A stretch of DNA of 64,000 nucleotides, taken from positions 7,874,001 to 7,938,000 of the forward strand of contig CM022679.1 of the NCBI GenBank assembly GCA_012295275.1. Direction: 5' to 3'. The stretch's first letter is position 1. Each line of letters begins with the position of its first letter. The notes below the pieces were generated by a model. The model made no database searches, was not told the origin of the DNA, and saw nothing but the letters and a program-made list of their open reading frames with translations. This stretch comes from Chrysomallon squamiferum (taxonomy: Eukaryota; Animalia; Mollusca). Positions 29,239-43,896 of the stretch are shown here, piece by piece. The translations under genes were made by a program, and so were the position numbers.

Positions 29239-31218
29239 CCACATATATTTTTATTTATTTGTTAATGTGTTGTTTGTATTTTCATTCATACAGCATATTT
29301 TAGCATTTCTAATGAACTGGAATTATTATAATTTTCTTTTTTCCATGCACAATGAACCTTTTTTCTGGACCTGTATACTGAAATACTTAAGAAAAACCAC
29401 TGAAACTTGCTTCTGATCCTTTCTCACATGCACAAACCCTTGGATCTGCAAGTCGACATTCATTTTCTAAAACTCTTTATCGTTTTCACCTCACAAACTA
29501 ATCTATTTGTTATGTCAGACTGTATGAACGAGACCCCTCTTAGACATTCAGGCTTATTACTGAATTAAGCAAAACAACACTTCTCCATTTGTACTAAGCC
29601 ATTTGTATCTTTGTGAGCATAACTGAGACTACCTCTGCATAAAAGATTTTTCTTGTCAGAGGCAGATAACTCTAAATGTATATTATAATATAATTTTTTT
29701 TTATAAAAATGGCTGGGAAGGTACTGATCAGTACGATAAGGTATATATTTTCATTTTTTTTTTTTTTTTTTTTTTTTAAAAGTAAGAAAAAGAAAATGTA
29801 ATGTGAGTTTTATGTTAAAATATAATATTTTAAAATATTTCAAAATGGTAAATATTTTACTTCTGTGTTTAAGATATTGTTATTCCAAATGAGTTTTTAA
29901 AACTAGAGTTAATCTCTGTGTGTATATGTCTGTGTACACATACATGTGCAAATTATTTTAAAGCTAATACATATTTCTTAATATAATTTATTTATTTATT
30001 TTTAGGCTTATATATCATGAAAAAAATAGTTTAACCATCACAGAATAAAGAACGAAATCACTTTAAACCATGTGTTTTTGTATGTGAGAAAGAGTAAGAA
30101 CTAAGTAAGATGGTGGAAAAATCAGAGAACAAATAAACGAGTAACAGGATCAAAAATTTAAATAAATAAGAAAGCTAAATTGGACAGCTCAGCAAATGCT
30201 ACAACTTTTTTTGCAATAAAAAAAAAAAAAAAAATAACACTGGAATAAAGTTAAGAAAAAAAAAACAAAAAAACCCCCAAATTACATCACAAGACTGAAA
30301 AAACTGCGTAAACAACATTCGGCACTGTCCACCTATATACAGTTTATTTAAATGTGCAAGTTTACGAGGCCTTTACTCTGTTTGTTTATGTGCAACAGTA
30401 AACAATAAACTGCAGTTTACTGGCTGGTGAATGGCACCGAGGGTAACAGAATGGGGTCCTTCCACTAATAACCAAGACCACAACAAACCAAAGGTCAGAG
30501 ACAACAGCCTAGCTGTCGCCAGTTAGAAGAGTTGTGTTTTTTTTCTCTCTCCAAGTGCTGAGGCTGGGATGTTTTTTTGTGTGCATGTCTGATAACAGGT
30601 CTGTGAGTTAATGGATGTGAGGTCTAACTGAGTGAACCTGTTTTTTCTTTATTATATAGTTGTTACATGCATTTGGATGGAATTTTAAAAAGTAATAGTA
30701 AAAATAAAGATTTTTTATCCCTGTGAAGTTTTACAGACAAACACACACACATATATATAAAATTATATACATAAATACACACAGAGAGACATACACACAG
30801 AGAGACATACACACAGACACATGTTCATACACAAAAACATTGTAGAAGCAATTTCAGTACAACCAGCTGAAGATCACTGTCTGTATTGTTACATCACAGA
30901 ACTGTTCTGGTTTACCAAGATACAGAGAATTATTCATTTCTTTAATTTATCTTCTTTTCAAACCATACAGCTAAATGATCAGTCTTAAGTTAGGTATTCC
31001 AGTATGCTCATGTATGTGTGTACCTGTATATTTGATGTATTTTTAGTATTTCAGTTTATGCATACCATATTGGAAAATGCATTAATTTTTACTTTTCAAT
31101 CTTCTAAATCGTTAAAAAAAGAAGTTTTTTTTTATTTTTTTTGAAAATTTCCCATTTTCCTTTATATATAAAATGAACCTGAAATAATAAATGAAAACTG
31201 TATATATATATATACACA

Positions 31219-31258
<40 letters not shown>

Positions 31259-31643
31259 CACAGACACAGACACACACACTCACACTCACAGACACAAACA
31301 CACACACTTATAAAACTTCTTTATTTGTGATAAAACTTTAAACTTGTTTCTCAAGTAACTGATTAGTCACTGTTTGTGTCTGTATAAAATATAAAAACTG
31401 TACCTGATACTGGAAAATAAATATTCATTAACTGACATGTCTGTAAATCACGTCACATTATTGGTTATTAAGTATGAAATGTTTTGCTATTTCGACTGTA
31501 ACCGAATCACTTTCTGTCACTGTAAGGTAAGTCTGATAAATATCAAGTAACATCATTTGTGACTTGGTTAATGAAGGGATTAATCCCATAAACAAAAACA
31601 TGCATGTGGATACATGCACACAGACATATATATTGGCACAAAA

Positions 31644-31684
<41 letters not shown>

Positions 31685-32230
31685 ACTTGCATACTGGCAC
31701 ATACCCATAAACAAATACATGTGGGCACACAAACACATTCACAATACAAACTCACTCTCTGCTACAAATAATAATACAAATAATATTAAATGATAACTCC
31801 AGTAAATTATGCCTGACATCCAATTTGCCATACACAAGATTCAATTTCAGAAAACGCGACAAAGTGACTCCAACAACAAACATGAAAAAAAAAAAAACAC
31901 AAAAACACATCAGCTCAAACAAACACTTTTATACAGTGTGTACTCTGGGTTTAAAAAAAACACAAAAAAACACACCCTGCAACAACAACGAAATGAAATT
32001 GCTCAGCAGAAGGAAAAATGAATACAATGACTTGGCTGTTTCTGAAAGAGATATTAATTAAGATGTTTGCTAACATATTATTGTGGAAACAGAATAACTG
32101 CAAACTCTGGAGCCAACACTGACAAGTTTTAAATTAAACTTTATTCGAAACGAACGCAAGGAATTCATTCAACTTCCATGTGATTTGTTAGTTTCTCTTA
32201 TTGGCAGTAAATGTTTGTTTTGGAAAAACT

Positions 32231-32370
32231 GGGGCTGTAGCTGAGTGGTGGAGCATTAAGATGTCACAGGATCAATTCTCCTTGGTTCTTCTTCCTTTGA
32301 TTGATTTCATATTCTAGCCACTTTATCAAATGTGATAGCATGCATTGTGGAAAAAAGCATCCAGAAATAT
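32231..32370 (+). mobile_element. Decayed tRNA-derived SINE head
   Basis: GGGGCTGTAGCTGAGTGGTGGAGCA (A-box-like) and GGATCAATTCTC (B-box-like), with no foldable cloverleaf. Confidence 0.45.
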
Positions 32371-34146
32371 ATTTTTTAATGAATAAGGTAAGTATAGTTC
32401 CAAAAGTAAGATATCTTTGTGATGAATAAGATAAGTATGTTCCTATATAAAAATTTTTTTTTTTTTTTTTAAATGAATGATGTAAAAATACCTTCTTCTA
32501 AAAAATATATTTATGATAAATAAAGCATATTCATATTTAAAAAAAAATCTTTGTGATGAACAAGTTAAACATATTCCAAACTAAAAGATACTTGTGATGA
32601 ACAGGGCAAACACTACTTTCCTATGTGTAAGAGAGATTTCTCTGATGAACAAAAGGTAAAGTAGCTTCACATGTGAAAGAGAAAGAGAAGAGACTTTTTC
32701 TGGTGAACAAGATAAAGTAGAATTCCTTCGGCACTTTACACACGCAGAAACCACAAACTGACTGACTTAAAATGTTTGAGCATTCTTCTGGCACATCAAA
32801 AACATCCCTCCAATCTATAATAGAAATTTCATCTTGTTTTTTTTCTCTATCTCTAGTTCTATTGGGAGGTAGTCTATAAATCACTCAACACGCATAGACT
32901 ATTGTAAACAATGCTGTATAAACAGTGTTGCCTCCGCATGTTCAAACAGCAATAAAACTGCAGTAAAAAAAAAGCACATCACCCCCCTCCCCAACCCCCT
33001 CCCTCCAAAGGGCAAAAAGAAAACTGTCAAGTCTCAGTCTATGCGGCTCCACGAGAAAATGGTGAATGGTCTGGTCTCATCAGTGAGAAACACAAATGTT
33101 TGTATTTCTTTGAACTCTTTAACAAGTTAACATTGCATTGTCAAAAGTTTTATGTGGTATTTATTTTTTTGTTTGTTTGTTTGTTTGTTGTTTGTTGTTT
33201 TTTTTTTTTTTTTTTTTTTTTTATTTTGTATAATTTATTTATTTGTTTGTCTTTGGTTTTGTTTATTCTGGTTAAGTTCAGTTCAGGTCAGTTTGGTTTT
33301 GGTTTTGGTTGTGTGTTTTTTTTTAAATAATTTTAGTTATAGTTTTAGTTTTAGCTGAGTTTAAATTTAGTTTAAATTTGATAGATACTGTTTATAGTTT
33401 TTAATTTAGTTTAAGTTCAAGTTCAAGTTTAAGTTTAAGGTTAAGCTTTCAGTATTAAGCTTTAAATATTAAGCTTTAAACTTTAGTTTAGTTTAGCACA
33501 ATACAGCCAAGCCTAACCTACCTACATCTCTACATATCAATCAATCTATTTATTTATTTATTTATTTTGTTCCGGTATTAAATAAACACTTTTATTTTTT
33601 TTTTTTTTTTAAATATCTTGACAAAAGTTTGTGACTGTCTTGCACATCTTCGTGTTTCCAAGTTGAAGTTTTTATTGTCTTTTAAAACTGACATGATCTA
33701 CCTTGCTACTACAGTCACTGCCATTTTCTGTCTTCTTTGAGGTTTTTATAACATTCTGAAATATTAATTCAGTCTTGCTGTGTGACAGGAATGTTCTCAG
33801 TTAGGTGTGGTCTCACTGTGTGTGGCTGTGTGTGTGCGTGTGCGTGCGTGTGTGTGTGTGTGCATGTGTGTGTAATGCGTGTGTGTGTGTGTTATGCAAA
33901 TAATATCCATACAGAAGCCAGTAATATTACAAATTAGATTTTTTTTCAGAAACCAGTGAATATAACATCACAGCATGAAAAAAAAAAAAAATAGAATGAA
34001 TTTCTGTTACAGACTGGAGGAATGTTTTTAATGCTTATATATTATTAATAAAGATATATATATATATATATATATAATAATGTATAAATAATATATATAT
34101 ATATATATATAAAATAATGTATAAGCATATATATATATATATATAT

Positions 34147-34188
<42 letters not shown>

Positions 34189-37099
34189 ACAGACATATTA
34201 TAAATAATATAAAAAAATGTATTATTTTTATTTTTATTTATTTATTATTTTTGTAATGATACCAGCTGGTCAGAATTTGTAATGGCTACTTGCACTCAAA
34301 CACGCAGACACACACAGCACGACTTTCTTTGAGAAATCCACAACCACAAAACCCTGGTATGATAAAACAACAGATATCCTCAGATAAATCAAATCAGTGA
34401 AAATAAAACACGAGGCCACAGGTTGGCAAACCTGGCTCAGAATTCCAAACATCTCTTTCCAGGGCAGGGTTAATAAGATCACAAACATAAAGTTCAAACT
34501 CAGACCGAAATCAGATTATTACCAAAAAAAAAAAAAAAAAAAAAAATTTTTTAGAAGACAGAGAAATACCATTATGAAAATATTCCAAATCTGACAGACA
34601 TTCTATGGTAATAATAAATTGGCCATTTTCAAAAAAAAAAAAAAAAAAAAAAAAATTGAAATTTCTTCTGCCAGTTACTTTGAAAATAAATTTAAAAATG
34701 GCTGCTGGGTTGTGTTATGAGGTGCTAAAGATGTCAGAACAGGCAATGGAAAGGGTGAGAGGATTTTTTTACAACAAAGTGACAGGGAGACAGATGTGAC
34801 AAGTTAACTGGTGGGGGAGGGGAGTGGGGCATTTGCTCCTGTCTCAGTGACCAGAATTATTGGCCGTTTTAAAGTGTTGTGTGTACAATTACAACTTCTG
34901 AACTGTTTTATTCATCTTTAACTCTCAGTTTTTGTTTTGACATGGCCTGAAAAATGTAATTTTGGGAAAATAATTTTTTGCCCTTTTTTTTCTTCTTTTA
35001 AAAAAAAAAAAAATAACATTAATATTGATAAAAATATATGCAGTTAAAGATAACATTACAAAAAAAAAATGTTTTATTTGGTGCCAAAATAAATATAAAA
35101 AATAAACCACTTATTAGTTAATTTAAAAAGAACAAATTAGTAAAGCTACCTGTTGCTTTAAGTTATTTAATAACTGGGAAAAAAGAAAACTGAAGACTTA
35201 TTTATCTCTCACCAACCAGACTTTAAAATATTTTGATAAATATTTCAAAAATATAAATAAAAATAAATAATGGAAGTAAAAAGTACATTCCAAACCCTTT
35301 TTCATGGAGCACTGTTTGGAATTTGAAATAGACCAATGCAGAGTTGCTCCTATGACCAGTCATACCTCTCAAGGACACTACAGCTGTATAATAATAATGA
35401 TGATAACAAAGACCATAAAGAATTTTACAAAAATTTAAAAAAAAAAAAACAAGATAAAAAAAGAAAGAAAACAACCCTGAAAAAATAATAATAAAAAAAC
35501 ACAATCAGAAAACCCATTATAATAATAACAATAAATAACACAGACAAATAACAATAAAACATATTTAGAAGTATTAGATCTTACTGTATTTAAAGTCCAC
35601 TTAATCATTATGTAATCCAGAAGTGAAATTTTTTTTGTTTTTTTCTTTTTGAAAACACAAAAATAACTGTTACATGAGAGAGTAATAATAATAAAAATGT
35701 TTTAGAAGGATGACAGTTTATAAATACTAAAACTGACTGAATGAGAATGTAGGATCCAAGACACAAACACAAAAAAATGTAACATTAGAGAATATACATC
35801 TTTGTTTTAACAGGAAAAATCATTACTTTTAAAAAATTGTATATATAAAATAAATAAAATGAGAGATCATGTAATAATAAAAATATGTTTAAAATGCATG
35901 TCTGCATTGTATTAAAAGTCTATTTATTTACTTAATAAATATATATATATATTTTTTTAAATATAAAAATAAAATATTACTTACAAAAAAGGGTATATAT
36001 ATATAAAATGTATAATATAAGAGAATACGTAACAATATAAATATTTATGGATAAATAATTATACTCAAAAATTTCTTTTTTTTTAACTTAATTTTTTGGT
36101 TTCAGAAACTGTAACTTGTACAAAACAGTATATATGAAATATAAAGCATGAGATTATATTTAATAATAAAAGCGTGTTTTGAAAAGAGGTGTACTAAAAT
36201 CTACTTAACGACTGTACTGTCTGTGTAAAAGACATAAAGAGAGCTGCAATACAGGTTTGTTCAGACTTTGCAAAACAAAATTTAGCTATAAGAAAACATG
36301 TCAGTTGTCACACCAATACATTACAACCATTTGTTATGTCTTATTTTAAAGACAGGCTGCTTTTTAAAATATTATAAAAGATTAATTTCAACATTTAAAT
36401 TTTTATTTTACTGCAGACTTCTAAAAAATGAATTAAATTATTCACTGTAATGATATTATTTTTTTTATTATTATCTGTTCTTTGTTGAGTTATTTCTCAT
36501 TCCGATTAGTACCACTATGGCAGATGTCGGAAAATAACAGTTTGTGCTCTGCTGTAAATGGGAAGGTGTTTATAAAACATCTTTTGTTGCTGATGTGCAA
36601 GAGCTGTCCATTTTCTCTCTTACAAACGCCATTAAACAAAGAACATGCTGTTGACACCAGACAACTGTTAACATTAAAATGTGTTGAAGACTCATTTAAA
36701 CACGCACAAACACTCATTAATCATTTACCGATTCACAACAAAAATGATAATTAACTATAACACAATCATCTCTTCCCAACACATATCATCAGTATCATCT
36801 CCCCATTGCACACCCTGAACAGTGTGGGAGATAGCTCATTATGTCGGCCTAATGGAAAATGACTTAGTGGTAAACCTTCCATCAATACTGACACAAATCT
36901 TTAACAGACTACATATTTGTAGCCAGGCTCAATTACAAGAAGATGCCACACATAAAGTAATCAGTATCTGTAACAATGAGAATGTCATAGAGCACACAGA
37001 ACAACAATACCAAGTTAACACTGTGAATCAGCGGTGTCCTAGAAGTAACAGAGATTAAGATAATAACAGTTTTTCACACTCAGCCCTGCAGGCAAACAC

Positions 37100-37154
37100 A
37101 ACATTTTGTGTGGTTTTTTTTTGAAATATTATAAACTGTTAATGTGGAGTGTTT

Positions 37155-37185
<31 letters not shown>

Positions 37186-37497
37186 ACTGACTGAGTGGTC
37201 TGTGATAATTGTAAAATTAAAACTAGTTTCATTCAAGCATAATGTTGCCACCAAATATATTACCTTTTACTTCATGTTTTTTTACAAAAATATAGTTTGT
37301 TTTCTTTGTTAATGTGGAATATTATTATTATAATTATTATTTTTTTTTTTTAATATTATATAAATTGACTGACTGGTGTGTGACAATTATAAAATTCAAA
37401 ATAATTTCATTCAAGCATAATGTCACAAAATGTATTACCTTTTTCTTCATATTTTTATTTTGTTTTCTTTGTTATTGTGGAGTATTTATTTATCTAT

Positions 37498-37532
<35 letters not shown>

Positions 37533-37720
37533 TCTGTTTATCTATTTATCTATTTATTTATTTATTTATTTATTAATCCATTTTTTTAATAACACTGACA
37601 CATCTACGATAATAATAAAATTCAAATAATCTTCATTCAAGCATAATGTTGCCAAATTTATTACCATTTTCTTTTTATTTTACAAATATTTGTCCTCTTT
37701 CCTTTGTTAATTAAATGAAA
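37100..37720. repeat. Degenerate tandem repeat, about 3 copies of 180-240 bp
   Basis: AAAATTCAAAATAATTTCATTCAAGCATAATGTTGCCA..A.TATTACC recurring. Confidence 0.75.
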
Positions 37721-38403
37721 AATTAAACCATTGCTGATTTTGTATTTTTTTAATCATTAAAACAACAGAAAAATTTGTGACATCTAAATTTATGCTTGGG
37801 CATAATTTAAACATTCATTCAAGCCATGAAAGCCTTCCATTCCATCGTACCAATAATCATTTTAAGGATGGCAATCCTTCATTGGAAACCAAAAAAAAAA
37901 TAAAAATAAAAAAATAAAAAAATGGCTGATAGGCAAAATTAATCACTTTAAAAGTGTTTCCATATTAAAGTTTCAGATATATTATCACATTGTTGTCACT
38001 TCAATTAGTCTGAGTGGCAGTCCTCTGATAGACAGATGTTGTTGTATGGTTTTAGTCTATTTCCCTTATTAAACCTACAGGACAGTCTTTCAGTCAGCTG
38101 TTATCACATTTTGTCAAGTTTACTTCTTCAGAGTAGCAGTCCTCCTACAGATAAATGCTCAGACCAGCAACAAATTTATCTCTTTATCCCATTTCCTTAT
38201 TAGCTGTTGTGGAACTGTTTACCGGATTTTGGTTATCTTATCTATTCTGTGAAGCAAATCTTGTGAGAATGGCCAAAAAAAAAAAATAAAATAAAAATAA
38301 AATAATAATAATAAATAAATAAATAAAAATTAAGTTTTTTTTTTTTTTATCAATAAAATAAAAAAAAAAAAATAAAAAATAACAAAAAGCACACACACGC
38401 ACG

Positions 38404-38434
<31 letters not shown>

Positions 38435-40495
38435 TCCTGCTTTCCATAAAATATCTTCATCTACATCCAAATTAATGTTATTTTAGAAGAGTTTGTCTTC
38501 CATTCATCATATTATATTTGTGAGAATATCAGTCATTCTACACAGACAAAATAAGGTCGTTGCTAACCTGTTTCCATGTGAACATTATTATAAACCATTT
38601 TATCTTCTATCTACATTATCAGATTTGTTCCAGCAACAAAACTTCTTTTACTACTGTTAACATATTAAAATGTTCTTTACAGAACTGTTTTGTATTTCAA
38701 TTGTGGTAATAATAAAAAATTGATGTCCAAAATACTGCTGAAATTTCTTTTGTGAATAATTGGCCTCATCAAAAAAAAAAAAAAAAAAAAAAATAATAAT
38801 AAATAAATAAATAAACATGCTTGATGTAGAAAAAGCAACATTCAAGAATAAAAAAAATACTGATAACAGTGACAGTATGTGTCAGTTTTTGTCCCCTGGT
38901 TCACAGCATATAAACAATAAGGGTACAACTTCCTGTCACTTCCAGAATATCTTGCCAAATACATTTACTTAATTTTACACTGGAATATTGGAGAAAAAAA
39001 GGAAAAAAGAAAACAAACTGGACGTAATATGGAATTATTCAGAAGAACTATGCAGTGGACTGAATACATTTTTAATTTTTTTTCTTTTTCAAAAACAAAA
39101 ATAAGACAATAATAAAGATAATAATACTAATACTAATAATAATAATAATAATAATAATAATAGTTTTAAAACATTTGTTCACCAATATAACCAGAACAGA
39201 ACCAGATGATTTGAAAACTGAAGACAGAATGAACATCATTTTTAAAGAACTGAATGATTTTCAATCATTTATCCTTCCCCCCCAAAAAAAACACCTGATC
39301 ATTAATGAATAGTTAAATGATTTAAAATAATTAAAGAACTGAGAAAAGGAACTGTTATCACCAATCATGAAATCCTGGCAGACACATAACACAATGTATA
39401 CTATCTACCTAACAACAAGCTTTAAATTAGCACTTGCACTTTCAAGTTGCAAAACCGTGTTCATTCTTGTGTGAAGAAATCTGATGAACAACATCACTTA
39501 AAACACACACACATGAAAGTTGATGAAGTACAATAGATGTCAAGATTTTTAAAAACTCAAAAAAAAAAACACAAGATGATTGGTGTGACAAGTCAACTAG
39601 AAAGTGTTTCTGCTATCACAGACCCATAAACCAAAGGAAAAAATAATTTGCACTAGAAAATATTCACATTATCAGCCTCCGTAAATTAGGTGAGAAAATA
39701 ACTTACACTTAAAAAAAAAAAATTCCAGATATTCTTGGTTCATAAACTATCTTGCAAGTGTAGCCACCTGTATTTGACAAACATTTCTCGATCCCTGCAT
39801 TCGTAAATCGAAACAAAAAAGCTACCTGCTTGGCAAAAGTGTCTTGTTTTCATCATGTAGTCGGAACAGAAGATGCCAAGTGAACCCTTTATCTGTACTT
39901 CTGTAACCTGAGTTATTTTCTTTTTCACCCTGCTCCATTAGCCAAAACATTTGAGTGATTACTGTCATGTCTGTTCACTATTCTAAACATTCAGCATCAA
40001 AAGAAAGCAATCAACAGACCTCGTTACTTAATCAGTGCATCATTCTGTTGTCATTAGAACTTTACTAAGAAGGTCAGAAGGGTATATCAGAAAGTCTCTC
40101 GGAAAGACTTTTTGCTGGATTTATATATTTTAAGGAACATGTTATGTTTATATGTTTCACCAGATCAAGGGGTTAAAGACACACACTGAATAGTTTTCTA
40201 AATTTCAAGATGTTATGGATGTTTGTTTGTATTCCTTGATGTTTCGTGGTAAATCAAAGAAAGAGAAAGATTTCTCATTTATAATACCATAGTTATCTTT
40301 TTTTTTTTTTTTATGATGGAAAATATTTGTTTTGGAATAAATGTTTTTAATCTATCTATTTGTTTTTATAATTAATATTTTTCTTGAACAGTTTGTAGAA
40401 GGAAGATGGTTAGTATATTCATAATTCAAGGAAGTTCCTAAATGTTAATCATGCCTTAAAATAACGTATTTTAAATATAAAATTTTTAAATTATT

Positions 40496-40569
<74 letters not shown>

Positions 40570-41714
40570 TGGAATCACTTAATTTCTTATACCTTGTATT
40601 TATTTATTTATTTATGGAATAACTTAATTTCTCATATCTTTTTAAAGTGATTGTTTAAACTTTCTATAGATTATTCAAGTGTATGTTTATGCTGGCTTTT
40701 CAAGAACTGATAAAAACTACTTTGGAATAGTTTTGTGAAAATGTTCAAATCTTATCATGCCAGTTTTTCTTTAAAAAGGTGATATAACTGTTTTTAATCT
40801 ATTTAATTATGAAAAATCTTGTCTTCTTTATTATTTATAAATATATGAAAAATCTTGTCTTCTAATTATTTATAAATATATGAAATAATATACAAAATTT
40901 GTTCACTAGATTTGGGTTTATTCATTATATCAATTAGAATACGAAAACAGGTATAAGACACTCCAATCCAATGTGAAATGTAATAGTTTTAATTTGTTTC
41001 ACCAGTCATTTCTATTTGAACAAAAAATAAATATCCACAGTAGGTACACACATTTTCATCATTGTAACTATCATTACACTGTAACATATCATTACCTTAA
41101 TAAGACAAGGTGATAAGTAATAACCATGTCAACATTTACTTTGTTTCATTAAATTTTTTTAATGGCACCGTTTTATTCCTCATGTATCTTAAGGTATTAT
41201 TTTGCTAAAACACCACTGTTTTCACAGATATTTTTTTCTTTTAAAACACTAGAAAATCACTGTTTTCACAGCAGTCATTTTTTTGGAAACCTTTTTAAAA
41301 ATCAATTTGTCAAATGAAATTGCAAAAAACAAAGAAATTAATTTTGTCAAATGAAATTAAAAAGCACATAATATGAAGGACCACCATACCATGCAAATCC
41401 ACCCTGAAACAAAACAAATGTGAATTCAGATCTCTTCAGTCTTCTGTCAAAGCAATATCAAAACACCTGATTCAATGTTTTTGTAATATTTTAAAATATT
41501 TGGTTGGAACTAAAATTCATAGCATTTTTAAAGTGAAATTCATGGACAATATTTAGAAATTTGTACACAGATGTATTCAACCACATACATGAACCATTTT
41601 GTTCATCTTTCAGAATAATTATACATACGTCATGGATTTCATTATGTGCTCAAGTGTCACATATTGACAAATGCTACAAACTTTGGTTCCAACTCAACAG
41701 TAAAACAGACTTAC

Positions 41715-43854
41715 CTGAATTCTTCTTTGGGCTGCTCTATGACTCTGAGAACCGAGTGTTTCCAGGCATCCAGCTCATCCAACTCAATACTTGCTTCCAG
41801 CGCTGCTAACGTCTGCTCAGGTCGAATCTAGATTTTAATTTAATGAACAGCAGTTTAAATAATATTTTCTTTACCTTTTTTCTTTAAACTATTGATCTTT
41901 TGATCTCTTTTTTAATTTAATGAGCAGTAATTTAAATAATATTTTCATTAAAGTTACCTCTTTTTAGTGAATCTTGTTTATTATTTTTTGTTTAAACTAT
42001 TGATCTTTTCATCTCTTTTTTAATTTAATGAGCAGTAATTTAAATAATATTTTCATTAAAGATACCTCTTTTTAGTGAATCTTGTTTATTATTTTTTGTT
42101 TAAACTATTGATCTTTTAATCTCTTTGAAATTGACCTTTTTTAATGAATGTTATTTATTATTTTTCATTTAAACTACTGATATTTTAATTAATGTTAAAA
42201 TTTAATGCTGAAAATAATAAAAATTAATGAACATAAAGTTGATTCCTTGAATGTATTTCATTCTTCAAACAAATAAATTCAATATTTTGATAATATTATC
42301 ATTATTTAATCACTTTGACCTTTCTGGATTTAAAAATTAAGTTTTTTATTCTCTAAGGATAAACAGAAGAAAAATATTCAAAATGTCTTGCCATGATATT
42401 TTTCATTTTATAATTCTGCAAACAAAATTTTGTATAAATAATGTTAGCAGTTCAGAATAGTAAATATTTTAATGGTAAAATTGCCATGGAAAACTTTTTT
42501 TTTTTAATTTAATTTTTTTTATTAGTTTTGGGGGTTTTTTTTAAAGGAAAAAGGAAAACATGATCAATAGAGATAATTTTAATGGTAAAATTGGCATGGA
42601 AAACCTTTTTATTTTCATTTTATTTTATTTTATTTTTTTTAAAGGAAAAATGAAAACATGATGAACAACTCTAATGGATATTTTAAAGGTAAAATTGCCA
42701 CAGAAAATATATATATATTTTTTTTTTTTTTAAAGGAAAAATGAAAACATGACTAACCTGGTAAAAGTAGTTGGAGGCCAGCCCAGGACCAGCTATCCTT
42801 CTGGCCACAAACCCATCACTTGCAGGGATTCGACCTCGACTTTTGATGATGGCGTGGAACATGAAGCTGTCCCACAAACCACGCCCCGCCCTCCGCAGTA
42901 CACCAACTGTCACAGAAACACAACAGCAGGTTACACATCATTTTCAAATAAAAACAAATAAAATAAAACCCTTTTTTAATATAAAAAATATCACTGTATT
43001 GATAGTTCATAGATTAAAAGTTTGGAATCAAAGAATCATTATATAAATAAATAATTAAATTTGAGAAATAAAATAGGTTAAAATTTATGTATTGTTATAT
43101 TTATATATTATTGTATTATTTCATCATTAAGTGTTGGAATTTTGTCAGCAGCATCTGACATTTGTGAGATTGTGATTGGACTTTGTCCTCCTCTGCCTTT
43201 GTCTGTGTGCAGTGTCTAATCAGATGTACATAAGACAAAGAATATTCATTCCTAAATACATATATATATATATATATATACACATACATACATACACACA
43301 TATATTTTATAAATTATTTTTTGCATGTGTGTGTTTGTCTATGTGTGTGTGTGTGTGTGATCATGTGTATGCATTTACTTATGTGTTGTACACCTGTATC
43401 TCTGTGTGTTTTGTCTGCATGCAGGTATTTTGAATGTAAGTGTGAAAGCTGTGACTCACAAAGCATGATGAACATTGAGGCTACAGGACAACACAGAGCT
43501 CCAAACAGAAAGGCTGCAACAGGCTGAAAACATCCCTGAATGGAGATGTGCCAGACCACTGCTTCCAGCAGGATGGAAAACTTGTTTTCATTCTCATCTG
43601 TGATAATTACAACATATCTTTGAAAACAGTGCTAGATATTTTTAAAAAACAACAACAAAGAAACAACACTACCCCTATAAAACCTAAAAAAACCAAAAAA
43701 AAACCAAGAATTGAAAAGGAAAGAAGAAAATGAATTTACTCTTCATGTTCAATGTTCCAACAAGAATGAAAACTTATCTTCATTCTCATCCATGAAAATT
43801 ACAGCATAAACATCTCTGAAAATCATGCTAGAAATTCTGTACTCTTTATCAAAA

Positions 43855-43896
<42 letters not shown>

